From positions 288,001 through 352,000 of the forward strand of contig CAWKKR010000005.1 in the NCBI GenBank assembly GCA_963850305.1: a stretch of 64,000 bases of DNA. The letters are read 5' to 3'. The stretch's first letter is position 1; each line of letters starts with the position of its first letter. The position numbers and the translations under genes are program-made. The stretch is from an uncultured delta proteobacterium. Its GTDB lineage: Bacteria > Myxococcota_A > Polyangia > Polyangiales > Polyangiaceae. Shown one piece after another: positions 32,759 to 43,700 of this stretch. Under the pieces are notes generated by a model. The model made no database searches and had not been told where the DNA came from. It worked only from the letters and a program-made list of their open reading frames with translations.

Positions 32759-33882
32759 GCGGTCGCTTGTCGAAAACGAGCATCTATCTGGATTGGAATG
32801 CGACGACACCGCCGCATCCGGATGTCATCGACGCGATGCAGGCAGCAGCGCGGACGGCATGGGGAAATCCGGCAAGCACGCACCGCGACGGCCGTCGAGC
32901 GCGCGACGTCGTCGAAAGCGCGCGCGAAGTGGTAGCCGGGTTGCTGGCCGTCCCCTCGCGGGACGTGGTCTTCACTTCGGGTGCCACAGAGGCCAATAAT
33001 CTGGCGCTCAGGTCGGCGCGCGCGCTGATAACGAGCCGGCTGGAGCACCCCTCGGTCGTTCGCGTCGCAGAGGCGCTCGAACGTGAGGGACGCCCCGTCG
33101 CGTGGGTGCGAGTCCCCCCTTCGGGCAGAATCGAGCCCGACGACGTTCGTGCGGCCCTGTTGCGTATTGGCTCTGACGCGATCGTCGCCCTCATGGCGGC
33201 GAACCACGAGACGGGCGTGCTGCAGCCGCTTCGCGAAGTGGCGATCATCGCAAAGGAGGCCGGAGCCAGGCTTCACGTCGACGCCGTCCAGGCGGCAGGC
33301 AAAGTCACCCCCGATGAGTGGCGGCATGGTGATTCCTTCAGTCTGGCGGCGCACAAGCTCAGAGGACCGAAAGGGATCGGCGCGCTCGTGATCGCTTCCG
33401 GGATCCTTCCGGCGCCGGTATTACTCGGCGGGAGTCAGGAACGGGGCCTGCGCCCCGGTACCGTCGATCCGGTGAGCGCCGCGGGCTTCGCAGCGGCGGT
33501 CCGACGCCTCGTTCGAGGGGGGCCGGAGCGCCACGCGAACCTCGGTGCCCTGCGGGATCGGGTCGAGCTGGCAGTTTCGCAGCTGGCTGACGTGAACGGC
33601 GTCGCGCCGCGGTTACCCCACGTCACCAATCTCTCCGTCCACGGCTGGTCCGGGGACGAGTTGGTCGCCGCGCTCGATCTTGCCGGCGTCGCGGTGTCGG
33701 CCGGAAGCGCGTGCAGCGCGGGGACATCCAGCCCATCGCCGGTGATCACGGCGATGGCAGGGACGGAGCGCGCGAAAGGTGCGATCCGGATCAGCCTAGG
33801 CGACGAGACAACCTCGGAAAACGTGGATCTAGCGATTTCGCTGTTGGTTCGAATTGTTACGGGACACCCATCCGCTGGCTGA
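32755..33882 (+). CDS. Cysteine desulfurase (IscS/NifS family)
   Basis: YLDWNATT, TSGATEANN, ANHETG, HVDAVQ, AHK, SAGSACS; GTGA overlap. Confidence 0.93.
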   Translation: MSGRLSKTSIYLDWNATTPPHPDVIDAMQAAARTAWGNPASTHRDGRRARDVVESAREVVAGLLAVPSRDVVFTSGATEANNLALRSARALITSRLEHPSVVRVAEALEREGRPVAWVRVPPSGRIEPDDVRAALLRIGSDAIVALMAANHETGVLQPLREVAIIAKEAGARLHVDAVQAAGKVTPDEWRHGDSFSLAAHKLRGPKGIGALVIASGILPAPVLLGGSQERGLRPGTVDPVSAAGFAAAVRRLVRGGPERHANLGALRDRVELAVSQLADVNGVAPRLPHVTNLSVHGWSGDELVAALDLAGVAVSAGSACSAGTSSPSPVITAMAGTERAKGAIRISLGDETTSENVDLAISLLVRIVTGHPSAG

Positions 33883-34063
33883 GGCGTCACGCGAAGTCTT
33901 GTCCACCGGTCTGAGCGTCACCTCCGATATTCTCGCATAACCAAGCAGAATTGCTTCCGAAAGGGTCGGCGCCCTGGGATGCTGCGTCGATTCCACTCAA
34001 TGGAACGAACTGGATGCCTACATTGCAGGCGTTCAGTGATTCCAAGGATCTCCGAGGATGCCT

Positions 34064-34891
34064 TTAAGGCGTATCAGAACCCATTGATTTAACTCGATGA
34101 ATGAGTGTCGTATACAGGGCCACGGCGCACGCTGCAGAGGCGTTGAGGGAGTCGATGGGACCTCGCAACGTCAGCCGGGCCAGAGCGTTGCACCGACCCC
34201 GAACGGCGCGACCAAGCCCCTCGTGCTCGTTGCCCACAACCAGCACGGTCCGAGCTCCCAGGTCGACCTCATGCAGTGGGAGTGGGCCATCTGCGGCAAG
34301 ACCCACGACGTGAGCGCCCGAAGCCGCGGCGTCATCGAGGAAGTGGACCAGCGACGGCACCCTGCAAAGTCGCGCGTGCTCGACGGCGCCTGCCGATGCG
34401 CGGAACGTAGCAGGGGTCAAGGGCGCCGACGAATGTTCCGGCCAAACGATTGCCGTTGCCCCGAGCGCGACCGCGCTTCGGATGGCAGCGCCGAAGTTCT
34501 GCGGATCTTGAATGCCGTCGAGGGCGACGGCCAGCAGATTCGGGTCCGTGAGCACCTGCGCAGAAGAGGCCATCGAGAGCGCTGGTGCCCATGCGGCTGC
34601 CCCCTGGTGAGCCGTTCCAGCGGCCAGCTCATCCAGTACCCCACGCGTGACCCGTTCGACTTTCGGCACACGCTGGGCCTCGGCGAACCGCGCCAAGGCG
34701 TCGAGGCGACCCCCGGCGTCACCCGAGGGGTGCTCGACGAGAACGCCGCCAAGGGCCGGACCGTGGACGCGTACGGCCTCGCGCACAGGCTGCAACCCGA
34801 GCACCAGTCGCGGTGCCGCCGGATGAGGCGACTCGACCACTGCTCGCGCCCGGGCCTGAAGCGGCGCGCCCCGCCGGTCGCCACGGTTCAT
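34064..34891 (-). CDS. TrmH/RlmB-family RNA methyltransferase
   Basis: HQG, DGIQDPQNFGAAIRS, GNEHEGL, DSLNAS. Confidence 0.92.
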   Translation of the reverse strand: MNRGDRRGAPLQARARAVVESPHPAAPRLVLGLQPVREAVRVHGPALGGVLVEHPSGDAGGRLDALARFAEAQRVPKVERVTRGVLDELAAGTAHQGAAAWAPALSMASSAQVLTDPNLLAVALDGIQDPQNFGAAIRSAVALGATAIVWPEHSSAPLTPATFRASAGAVEHARLCRVPSLVHFLDDAAASGAHVVGLAADGPLPLHEVDLGARTVLVVGNEHEGLGRAVRGRCNALARLTLRGPIDSLNASAACAVALYTTLIHRVKSMGSDTP

Positions 34892-34928
34892 CGCCCTGGG
34901 ACACGAGACGAGTGCGCTGGAAGCACCC

Positions 34929-35699
34929 TCAGAAACACGAGCACAACGGGTCGCCGGGTGTGCAGTTGCAGGCTGCCTTCGGCTTCGGGGAGCTGCTGCC
35001 GCTGCTACCGCTGCTGCTGCTTCCTGCACTCCTGAGGCCCTTCTGGGCCGCCTTCGTGGTTTCCTGGGCCTTCTGGAGCTCGGCCTGGATCCGAGCCCGA
35101 TCTGCCTCGTCTTTTGCGTTGTTCAACGCAGACTTCAGATCGGCCTCCTTCTGTTCGGACTGCTTCACGGCGTCCTCGAGGCGGTCCTTCTCCTGCTCGG
35201 CCGCCTGGGCGCGGGCTTCGAGGGCCGCCTTCTCCAGATTTGCCTGATCGTTGTGTTTCTTGAAGGCGATCCCGCCGCCGACGACGGCTGCGACCAGGAT
35301 GAACGCGACGACGCCAATCGTGATCTGAAGCTTTTTCTTGTGTTCGTCCTGGTTGATCGAAGCAAGTTGCGCCTCGTGCGCCTGTTGCTGAGCCATCGTC
35401 TCCAGCCGGCTCCGGTGCTCCACGTCGGCCTTCGCCTTTTCGATCTCGGCGTGGCGGATTGCTTCGAGTCGGGCCGCTTCTTCGCGCTTGCGAAGCTCTT
35501 CCGCGCGGCGTCGCTCTTCTTCTTCGCGAAGGCGCCGCTCCTCTGCGTCACGCGATGCACGCTCGGCTGCTTCTTTTGCCTCGAAGTCCGCCCGGATCCG
35601 CTTCGCCTTCTCCGCTTCCTCTTCGCGGATCCTGTCCTCCTCGAGGTTCATCAGCTCCTTGAGGGAGAAGAGAACCGAGCTTTCCTTCTGTTCGGCCAT
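34929..35699 (-). CDS. Coiled-coil single-TM protein with SVLFSL motif
   Basis: ESSVLFSLKEL, E/R-rich coil, TM, C-terminal CNCTPGDPLCSCF. Confidence 0.8.
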   Translation of the reverse strand: MAEQKESSVLFSLKELMNLEEDRIREEEAEKAKRIRADFEAKEAAERASRDAEERRLREEEERRRAEELRKREEAARLEAIRHAEIEKAKADVEHRSRLETMAQQQAHEAQLASINQDEHKKKLQITIGVVAFILVAAVVGGGIAFKKHNDQANLEKAALEARAQAAEQEKDRLEDAVKQSEQKEADLKSALNNAKDEADRARIQAELQKAQETTKAAQKGLRSAGSSSSGSSGSSSPKPKAACNCTPGDPLCSCF

Positions 35700-35892
35700 T
35701 CGTCAGCATCACTCCTGGGGCGTGAAAAAAGAGAGAACCCTGGGCTCCATCGAGGCCGATAGCATACCCGGGCGCGCCGTCGTTCGCTCACAACTGTACT
35801 CGAAGTTCCCTCGGGAGCCCAGCCGTGTGTGAGCCGGTTCGCCGGCGCCCGACTGGCGAGGGGCGGTCTCGTCGGTGTAGAGTCGCCGTCCG

Positions 35893-36108
35893 ATGGCCGT
35901 CGAGGTTGCCGCCCACATCACCGGAACCGTGTGGAAGATCCAGGTCAAGGTGGGAGAGCAGGTGCAAGAGGAACAACCACTCGTCATTCTCGAATCCATG
36001 AAGATGGAGATGCCAGTCGAGTCGCCGGTATCCGGGAAGGTTGCGTCAATTGTCGCGGCGGAGGGCCAGGCAGTCGAAGAAGGGGATGTGCTCTTGATCT
36101 TGGAGTGA
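35893..36108 (+). CDS. Stand-alone biotin carrier protein
   Basis: GTVWKI, ESMKME biotinylation motif, 71 aa. Confidence 0.9.
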   Translation: MAVEVAAHITGTVWKIQVKVGEQVQEEQPLVILESMKMEMPVESPVSGKVASIVAAEGQAVEEGDVLLILE

Positions 36109-36172
36109 CGGCTCCGCCGGGGTCTTGACGTTCGATGGCCGGCCGGTAGCGTCGAAGAGATTGGCAGACAAC

Positions 36173-36739
36173 ATGATGCGCTCCGCAACATCGGTAATCC
36201 TCGTCGCGGTCGCGATGGGCGCGTGCGCGTCGCCCCAGACACCCGGGGGACCCGGGGCCGCCTGTTATCGCTTCGAAGACTGCAGGGAGGGATACGTTTG
36301 CGTCAGGAACGCCTGTACGAACAATCTCCGAGACTCCGGGATCGTCGGGCAATCGCCGGCCGAGGGGACTGGTGGTGCGGCCGAGACCGACGCCAGCTCG
36401 CTCGGCGGCGCCCCGTCGCTCGACGGATCCGGTCCGGCGGCGGGAGGCTCGGGCGCCTCCGGCGGTGCGGGCGGCATGACCGCGGGAGGTGGCGGAAGCG
36501 GGACGGGCGGTGCCGCTCCTGCTGGGGGAGCGACCGGTGTCGGGGGAACCCCCGCCAGCGGCGGTGCCAGCGGCAGCGGCGGTATCCCGGGTGCAGGCGG
36601 AGCACCGAGCTCCGGTGGCGTGACCGGTAGCGGCGGAGCGAGCGGCACCGGTGGCACCCTGGATACTGGGGGAAGCTCGGGAACCGGAGGTGCGGAGTCC
36701 GGGGGGACTTCAGCCACGGGCGGCGCCGACGCGGGCTAA
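36173..36739 (+). CDS. Gly-rich lipoprotein with small Cys domain
   Basis: MGAC lipobox, CYRFEDC..YVC...C, GG-repeat tail. Confidence 0.7.
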   Translation: MMRSATSVILVAVAMGACASPQTPGGPGAACYRFEDCREGYVCVRNACTNNLRDSGIVGQSPAEGTGGAAETDASSLGGAPSLDGSGPAAGGSGASGGAGGMTAGGGGSGTGGAAPAGGATGVGGTPASGGASGSGGIPGAGGAPSSGGVTGSGGASGTGGTLDTGGSSGTGGAESGGTSATGGADAG

Positions 36740-36851
36740 GGGCGTACGGAAGCACCGAATACAGACGACGTCATCGATGGTAACCGCGCTCCTGGAGGCG
36801 CTCTCAATCACCCGCACACCCGTCCTCCACGGCCGCCGAAACGTAGTCGCG

Positions 36852-37505
36852 ATGCGCAAGTCGAGAGGGATGCGTGCGGCTCTCGTGGTGGGGGCTTCGG
36901 TTCTTGGCGCGTCGTGGTTCGGCTGCAGTTCGCCCAGGTCGCCGGCGCGCGCGCCAGGTTCAGGGCAGGCGGCCATCTGCGGTGTTGACGAGACGCGCGA
37001 GTACTATTGCGAAGACCTGCTCCCGCTGAGTTCGAGCATGCCGGCGCCATCACCCTATCAAGCGTGCCCCGCGAGTATCGATGAACCTTCCGGGGTTTAC
37101 GATCCGCCTGCGACCATCGGCCTCTTCGACACGAGCTATACGGAGTACATCCGGAAGCGTGCGCCTCCGGGTCACGCATGTTGCTTCAGCTGGTGCAGCC
37201 ACGTGAAGGTCGCGGATCCGCGAGCTCCGTCGATACGACAGGCGTGTCAAATGGCGACCGCATTCCGCGAGCAATATTGCATGGCGGAACCGGAGAGCGG
37301 CACGACGCTTCCCGCCGCGGCCCCGTTCAACCGGTGTCCAGCGGCCATTGTCCCGCCCGCTCGCGCCGTCTTCGCCGTTCCTCCGGCGGCGCCCTTCGAC
37401 TTTCAGCTGACGGCGAGCCATCGCGGCAAAGGAGAGGCGGACTGTTGCTATGCCTGGTGTTCAGAAGCGCCCGCCGGGAGTGGCCTTCAGCGGCAACAAC
37501 CCTAG
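36852..37505 (+). CDS. Cys-rich lipoprotein with internal duplication
   Basis: WFGC lipobox; two copies of YC...CPA...CC(F/Y)xWCS. Confidence 0.72.
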   Translation: MRKSRGMRAALVVGASVLGASWFGCSSPRSPARAPGSGQAAICGVDETREYYCEDLLPLSSSMPAPSPYQACPASIDEPSGVYDPPATIGLFDTSYTEYIRKRAPPGHACCFSWCSHVKVADPRAPSIRQACQMATAFREQYCMAEPESGTTLPAAAPFNRCPAAIVPPARAVFAVPPAAPFDFQLTASHRGKGEADCCYAWCSEAPAGSGLQRQQP

Positions 37506-37513
37506 AGAGGCGT

Positions 37514-38272
37514 TCAGCTGGGGCCGGAGGGTCTCGGTCGGAGCTTTCGCCACCGTTGCCAGAACGTGAGGAGGAGGGCAACCAGCGCGAGGTCCAGAAT
37601 CGCGACGACTCCGACTCCCATCCGAACGTGCTTCGCATTTTCACGGGTGCCGGCGAGCGGACCGACGTACGCCACGTCGCGCGGAGTGAAGCCGGTTGCG
37701 CGCGTGTTCACGACCGCGACATCGTCCGCCGACAGCCCCGCTACCGCGAAAGCAACGAGTCGCTTCACGTCCATGTCGACCAGGGGCGGCCGCGAGCCAC
37801 GATATCGAATCAAGACCGATGCGTGGGGCCTGGGCACGACATCGTCTGGTGCGAGCGCGTCGGCTGCGGGCGCTGCCAGATGAACATGGGCCGCGATCAC
37901 GCCGTCGGTAGCCTCGAGCGATCGCTCGAGAGCGGTGGCGACGTTGTCCATCAAGCGTGCGTGCTCGGCTTCACGGCTGGGGACGAGCGCACCGGTATCG
38001 CGGGTCGCGCCGGTGCGTGCGGCCACTCCCTCGTCGAGGAGAATGCGAACCGCTTGCGCAACGTCGTCCCGCGGCACCTCGACGCGATATTGGTTCGGGC
38101 CGCTGGCCTGTGCGAATTTCTCTCCGACGATGCCGCTCGCATCGAGCGCAGCGACGACGTGGTTCGCTTTCGCTTCGTCGACGTCGGCGACGATCGGGAC
38201 CGTGCACGCCGCCAGCACCGTCCCCGCGAGGAGCGCAGCCCCGATCGTGCGTGCGAGGCGCGCGGTGATCAC
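37514..38272 (-). CDS. sctJ: SctJ/YscJ (FliF-N-like) inner-ring lipoprotein
   Basis: LAAC, EAKANHVVAAL..SGI, LVPSREAEHAR, LERSL..DGVIAAHVHL, ASVLIRY, VKRLVAFAVAGL..DDVAVV, C-terminal TM. Confidence 0.85.
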   Translation of the reverse strand: MITARLARTIGAALLAGTVLAACTVPIVADVDEAKANHVVAALDASGIVGEKFAQASGPNQYRVEVPRDDVAQAVRILLDEGVAARTGATRDTGALVPSREAEHARLMDNVATALERSLEATDGVIAAHVHLAAPAADALAPDDVVPRPHASVLIRYRGSRPPLVDMDVKRLVAFAVAGLSADDVAVVNTRATGFTPRDVAYVGPLAGTRENAKHVRMGVGVVAILDLALVALLLTFWQRWRKLRPRPSGPS

Positions 38273-39804
38273 TGTGGCGCGAAACTCGTCCGGGTGACGT
38301 CGAGCTTCGCGTTGACGGGAAACGAAATCCCACGCACGTGCGAAGCGATGCACGACGCTGCGGCCGGACTGCTCGGCCTCGTGCGAACGCTCACGCCGAC
38401 GGCGCGCCCATTCTGGACCGCGACGCACACATCTACTCCTGTACTCGACGGCAGTCCGCAGCCGTTCAGGTAGGAGCCGCCGTTCAAGATCGCCCCGTAC
38501 TGGGACTGGGTGATGTCGGCGGGGACCTTCGCTCCGCCGATGTTGATCTCCTCGACGTACGCGGCCTGTGCCGCCTCACAGCTCATGCCGCCCGCGAGGA
38601 TCGGCACGCCTCCCTGCTCGCCGATGACGCGGTGCCCGCCCTTGTGACCGCGTCCCTTGCCGATGTTCAGGTTCCCCTCTGCCTCGACGTTGGTCACGGT
38701 GTCAGATTGCACCGCGACCTCGTCCGTGCGCGTCCCCGCTTTCACCAGGAACCACGTGGCACCGGCGATCATCAGGACGCCGATGGCGGTGAGCCCGATC
38801 AATGCCTTGCCACGGGTGCTCTTTTTCTCTATCTCGACGGTCTTCTCGATAGCGACCTTTTCGGCAACGATGTCCCGGTGCCTGCGCGCGTGCTCGGCGA
38901 AGGGCGCGAATTCGTCCCAGTTCGCGATCGGGCGCTCCGCTTGCGAGAACGCGTCGCGAAGCAGATCCTTCTCCGTGAAGGTGTTGTTCGCGATCTGTTG
39001 CAACAGTTCGACGGCGTTGAATGGACCGTGATCCATACCCTCGCGGATCACCACGTAGCGCGGCCGTGGGTCGCTCTCGAGGCGTTGTTTCAGCTCGGTC
39101 AGAGCGCCCGTTGCTTGATCGACTCCCGTCGGTCGGCTCGGTAACGCCGTGACGTCAGCGCCGAACTGCGGCGCCGACGCGGGCATGCTCTTCTTCGGCA
39201 AGGGAGGCACCATCGACATCGAGACATCGACCTCGAAGTTCTCGTCGCCATCGAGGTGCGAAGTGTCGCCGGATGGTGGCGGGTGACTTCCGGTCGGAGA
39301 AAGCTGGTGAAACGCAACGGCGAGAGCCTTCAGATCGTCCGGTCGGTGTGTGGGGTCCACGACGAGCGCCTTCGCAAGGATCATGTCCAGCTCGGCGGGG
39401 AGCGTGGGCACGATATCGCTCGGGCGCCGCATGCCGGGGCCCACGTTCTGTCCGGTGCAGAGCTCGTAAAGGAGCGCGCCGATCGCGTAGACGCTGGCGC
39501 GGGCGTCACCGGGCCGGCCATCGCGCTCCTCGGGCGCCATGCAGGAGAGATCGCGCGGCGTCGTCGGCGGCTTGCGAGACTGCGCCGTCGAGAGCTGAAA
39601 TCCTCCGTCGCCATCCATCACGATGCTCGACGGATGCAAAAAGAATCTCTCCCCCGCAGCGTGTCGCTGAGCAAGCTCGACCGCAAGCGGGACCAGAATC
39701 CCGGTCGCCTCGCTCAACGCATACGCTCTTCCCTTCGCGCGTCGTTCGTCGATCTGATTGCGTAACGTTCGTGCGGTTACCGAACTCGAGACGGCCGGAT
39801 TCAT
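38269..39804 (-). CDS. Pseudokinase-GYF-like-TM-AgmX/TonB-C-like protein
   Basis: Kinase C-lobe (MAPEE, VYAIGALLYEL.TG) without HRD or DFG; DHGPF; TM; C-terminal CIASHVRGISFP. Confidence 0.7.
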   Translation of the reverse strand: MNPAVSSSVTARTLRNQIDERRAKGRAYALSEATGILVPLAVELAQRHAAGERFFLHPSSIVMDGDGGFQLSTAQSRKPPTTPRDLSCMAPEERDGRPGDARASVYAIGALLYELCTGQNVGPGMRRPSDIVPTLPAELDMILAKALVVDPTHRPDDLKALAVAFHQLSPTGSHPPPSGDTSHLDGDENFEVDVSMSMVPPLPKKSMPASAPQFGADVTALPSRPTGVDQATGALTELKQRLESDPRPRYVVIREGMDHGPFNAVELLQQIANNTFTEKDLLRDAFSQAERPIANWDEFAPFAEHARRHRDIVAEKVAIEKTVEIEKKSTRGKALIGLTAIGVLMIAGATWFLVKAGTRTDEVAVQSDTVTNVEAEGNLNIGKGRGHKGGHRVIGEQGGVPILAGGMSCEAAQAAYVEEINIGGAKVPADITQSQYGAILNGGSYLNGCGLPSSTGVDVCVAVQNGRAVGVSVRTRPSSPAAASCIASHVRGISFPVNAKLDVTRTSFAPQ

Positions 39805-39910
39805 GGACGGGGCGAGCAGTTTACAGCGCGGCGGCGGCTCCCCACGAAAGAAATGAAGCCCGCGCTCTTCCCTGTCACGCGGCGCTTCGCGCGCCGCGCC
39901 CTTTTTTGGG

Positions 39911-40666
39911 TCAAATCGGCGTTTCGTCCTCGTGAAGGCCGCCGTGCCAGGGGCTTCGACGGTGGACATACGTGCCGTCGACGAAACTTTTCAGCACAGG
40001 TGCGATGTTTCCCGGGGTGTCGTCCTCCCACTCGCCGCCATGAACGTAGTCTAGGGCATGACCGTCCGGCCCGAGGAGGACGAAGGCCGGGAAGGCATTC
40101 ATGGGAACTCCGAGTCTCGAGAGCTCCGCCAGGAATTCGACGGCGTTGAGTCGCACGATGCGGATGCTGCCGAGCGCGCGCTGGACCTGTGGACTCTTCA
40201 GGGCGGCCTCGACGGCGCTGCACGGCTTGCAGTCGTCCACGACGAGCCAGACGAGGAATCTTTCATGCTCGGCCGCAGCGAACGTTCGCTGTCTGGCAAG
40301 CTCGTCGTCGAGAGACCCGATTTGGGCTCCGATGTCCACCAGCGTGAGATAGCCGAAGTGGCGTTCCTGAACGGCGAGCGACGTTTCACCCGGGCCGTCG
40401 TCCAACCTATTTACGACCGCCACGCTCCGGTCCGCGGAGCGCGACGCGAGGGCCGCCCTGTGCTCGCGGCGGGTCGTCGCCGAGCCGACCGCAGCGACGA
40501 ACGCCACGCCGAAAAGGGACGCCAGGGTCGCCAGCACACCCGCCGCAACGGAGATGGTCGTCAATCGTGCACCCGAGAGCGTGCGCTCCGAAGCGGTGAG
40601 GTCGGGTCGGCATTCTCGGCGCACGCCAAAAGTATAGTGTGAGAGGTGCGCGGACGCTCGCGGCAC
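39911..40666 (-). CDS. Membrane-anchored thioredoxin-like protein
   Basis: TM segment, CKPC, FPAFVLLGPDG; start uncertain. Confidence 0.7.
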   Translation of the reverse strand: MPRASAHLSHYTFGVRRECRPDLTASERTLSGARLTTISVAAGVLATLASLFGVAFVAAVGSATTRREHRAALASRSADRSVAVVNRLDDGPGETSLAVQERHFGYLTLVDIGAQIGSLDDELARQRTFAAAEHERFLVWLVVDDCKPCSAVEAALKSPQVQRALGSIRIVRLNAVEFLAELSRLGVPMNAFPAFVLLGPDGHALDYVHGGEWEDDTPGNIAPVLKSFVDGTYVHRRSPWHGGLHEDETPI

Positions 40667-40752
40667 GCGTCGTGGTGGACTCGCGCGCCGGCCGGTGAAA
40701 TCAGGCTCCGCGCGTTGCGACTCACGGACGGCCCGTGTTAGCTTCGACGCGG

Positions 40753-43700
40753 ATGGATCCGCGTGACATGGACGCGCTGGTACAGCGACTCGTCCAAAAC
40801 CCCCACGACCAGGACGCGATCTTGTACGCGCATAGCGCCGGGCAGCAGGACCCGCGTGCCTACGCGATGTTGCTCGAGAAGGTCGGGACGGCCACGGCCG
40901 ACCCGGCGCTCGCCAGCCACTGGCTGACCGAGGCCGCGAACGTGTGGGTATTGTCGCTCAATGACGCACATCGTGCGGCTCGGGCGCTCATGATCGCCAT
41001 CGACCGTGACCCCACTCAGCCAGCGCCGGCCGAGCGCCTAGCCGAGCTCTACCAGGAAAAGGGGGATACCAAGGCGTTGGCCGCGCTGCTCGAACGCCGC
41101 GCGAAAGCTCTCGCGCCCCTGTCGCAGAGGGATCCGTCCATGCGGGCCCACGTGGCCAGCATTCACGAGGAGCTCGGACGTCTGTGGTCCGAGCCGCCGC
41201 TGGGGAACCCATCGAAGGCCATCGAGAACTACCGTCGGGCGCTCGATTACGATCCGAGCAGCCAGTACTCCATCTACGCTATCCGGGAGGCTTACAAGGC
41301 GGATGGGCAAACAGCCGACGCCATCCCGTACTATGCGCTCGAGCAGTCGCTCGTCGATGATCCGGAGCGAAAGGTCTCCCTCTTCGCCGACGAAGCAGAA
41401 GCGAGGAAATCGATCGGCGATATCGACGGCGCGCTGGCCGCGCTCGAGAATGCGAGACGAGTAGAGCCGGGCGATCCGGCTCTCAAGCAGCAGCTCGCCA
41501 CCCTGGTTCTCGAACGGGTGCGCGAAGGCGAGCCCGTCGATGAGAACTGGAAGGCCGTCGGTGCGCAGCTCTTCGTCGAGCTTTCGGAGGAGTATCCAGG
41601 CGAGCACGGGTACGCCTATTCGACCTGCGCGCTCGAGATCTTGCCGGGGCACGACCGGGCGGTTCAGCTTGCCATCTATTATGGCGACCAGCTTGGTCGC
41701 GGCGGCGAGGTGGCTCCGCACGCCGCGAGCTATCTCAAGGCGAATCCAAATGGAGCGCTGGCCGCCGAGGCGCGCCGCGCCGCCGGCGGGAGCGCCCCGC
41801 GTGCCGCCGTGCCGGTCGCGAAAGCGGGGGCCCCTCAAGCTGGACGTTCGACGGGCACACACCAGGCCGCAGCGGTCCGCAGGACTGCTTCCCGACCGGC
41901 CCCTTCGGCTGCAGATCGCACGATCGACGATCTCGACGCCGTGGAGGACGACGAGGAGGAAATCGAGGCAGACTCCGAGCCGCCGGAGCCCGATGTCGAT
42001 GCGATCGACGCACTCGTCACGAAGGCGCAACAGCTCGCCGCAAAGAACCGGAAAAACGAGGCCGCGGGCATTTACCGCGACGTCCTCAAATCCGATCCGA
42101 CGAACTCGGAAGCGCTCGCGTTCCTCCAGGGTCATCTGAAACAGTCTCGAAAATTCGGGGATCTGCGAGATCTTCTGCTCCGCGCGACGCGATCCAAGGA
42201 TGCGGACCACGAGTTGCGAGTTGGCTGGTTCCGGGAGATCGCCGGACTTTCGGAGACGCAACTCCGCGACTTCGATACGGCCATTCAAGCGTGGCAAGAA
42301 CTCTTGTCGCTGGATCCCGCGGAACCCCAGGCGAGGGAGCAGCTGCGTCGCCTGCTCGAGCGCGCGAATCGTTGGGACGAGCTGACGCAGTTGCTCGAAC
42401 AGGAAGCGGACCAGGAGGCAGACGTCGAAGTGCGCATCGCGCTCGAAAAGCAGCTCGCGAAGCTGCACGAGGCGAAACGCAAAGACGTCACCGCGGCGGG
42501 CCGCGCGTGGGCCCGGATCGCGACGCTCACTCCGGAGGACGACGCGGCCGTCACGACGGCGCTCAAGCTGTTCGAGAAGGCGGAGCGGCTGGATCTGGCG
42601 GCGCAGGTCATCGCGGACAACGTGGGCGGTATCTCCGATGAGACCGCGCGGGGGGGGCTGTACAGAAAGCTGGGAGAACTGCGGAGAGCGAGCGGAGATC
42701 TGGTCGGGGCAGGGGACGCGTTTTCCGACGCGGCACGCGTCGCACCCGACTCTGCCGGCTGGGAAGCGGCCGAGCAAGCGTACGCAGCGGCTGAAGCATG
42801 GGTGCAAGCTGGCGCCGCCGCGAACGAACGAGCGCAGCTCGCGAAGTCTCCCAAGCAGCAAGCGGCGCTGTACGCGGTCGAGGCCGACTATCTCGTCCGC
42901 GGTGGGGACGTGGAGGCGGCGATCATTCGCCTCGATCAGGCCGTCGATGTCGACCCGACCAGCGATGAGATTGCGGCGCGGCTCGAGCAGCGGCTGAATG
43001 ACGCCGAGCGTGCGGGGGACGTCGCGCAGCTATTGCTCCGTCGCGCGCAGAAGCATCCGGACAAGGCCGCCAGGGTCGAGCTCCGGAAGCGGGCCGCCAA
43101 GATTCAGCGGGAGACCCTCGGCGATCCAACGCTTGCACGTGAGAGCCTGGAGCTCTTGCTCGAAGATGGTGACGATGCCGATGCCCTCTCCCTGCTCGCG
43201 GAGGACGCCGAGGAGCGCGGCGAGCTTTCGGACGCGGTCGATTATCTTGCCCGTCTCGTGCGTGCGACGCCGGATCGCAAGGCGCAGATCCCGGTGGTTC
43301 TCCAGCAGGCGCGGATCCTTTCGGAGGGGGTCAAAGATGCCGACGCTGCCGTCGAGCACTATCGGCGCGTCTTGGAGGAGTTCGATCCGACGAACGTCGA
43401 AGCGCTCGGCGCGCTAGCCAATTTGGAGGAGCAGCGAGGGAACCATGCAGACGCGGCGCGCGCGCTGGAGCAGCTGCTGAAGATCGCCGCACGGCCCGAG
43501 CAGAAAGTAGAGATCGCCGGACGTCTCGCGACACTTTACGAGAACGAGCTGGGCGACGCGCGGTCGGCCCTCGGGGCGCTCAATATCGTTCACGACGCGG
43601 ACCCGGACGATTTTCAGGCCGTGCAGCGCATCGTCGACCTCGCCGAGCGCCTGGAAGAATGGGGGATCGTCGCCGAGCACACCGCGCGTCTCGTCGAGGT

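Noticed and set aside
33929..33957. dif site
   Set aside because: CTCGCATAA resembles a XerC arm, but there is no TTATGTTAA-like XerD arm at the correct spacing
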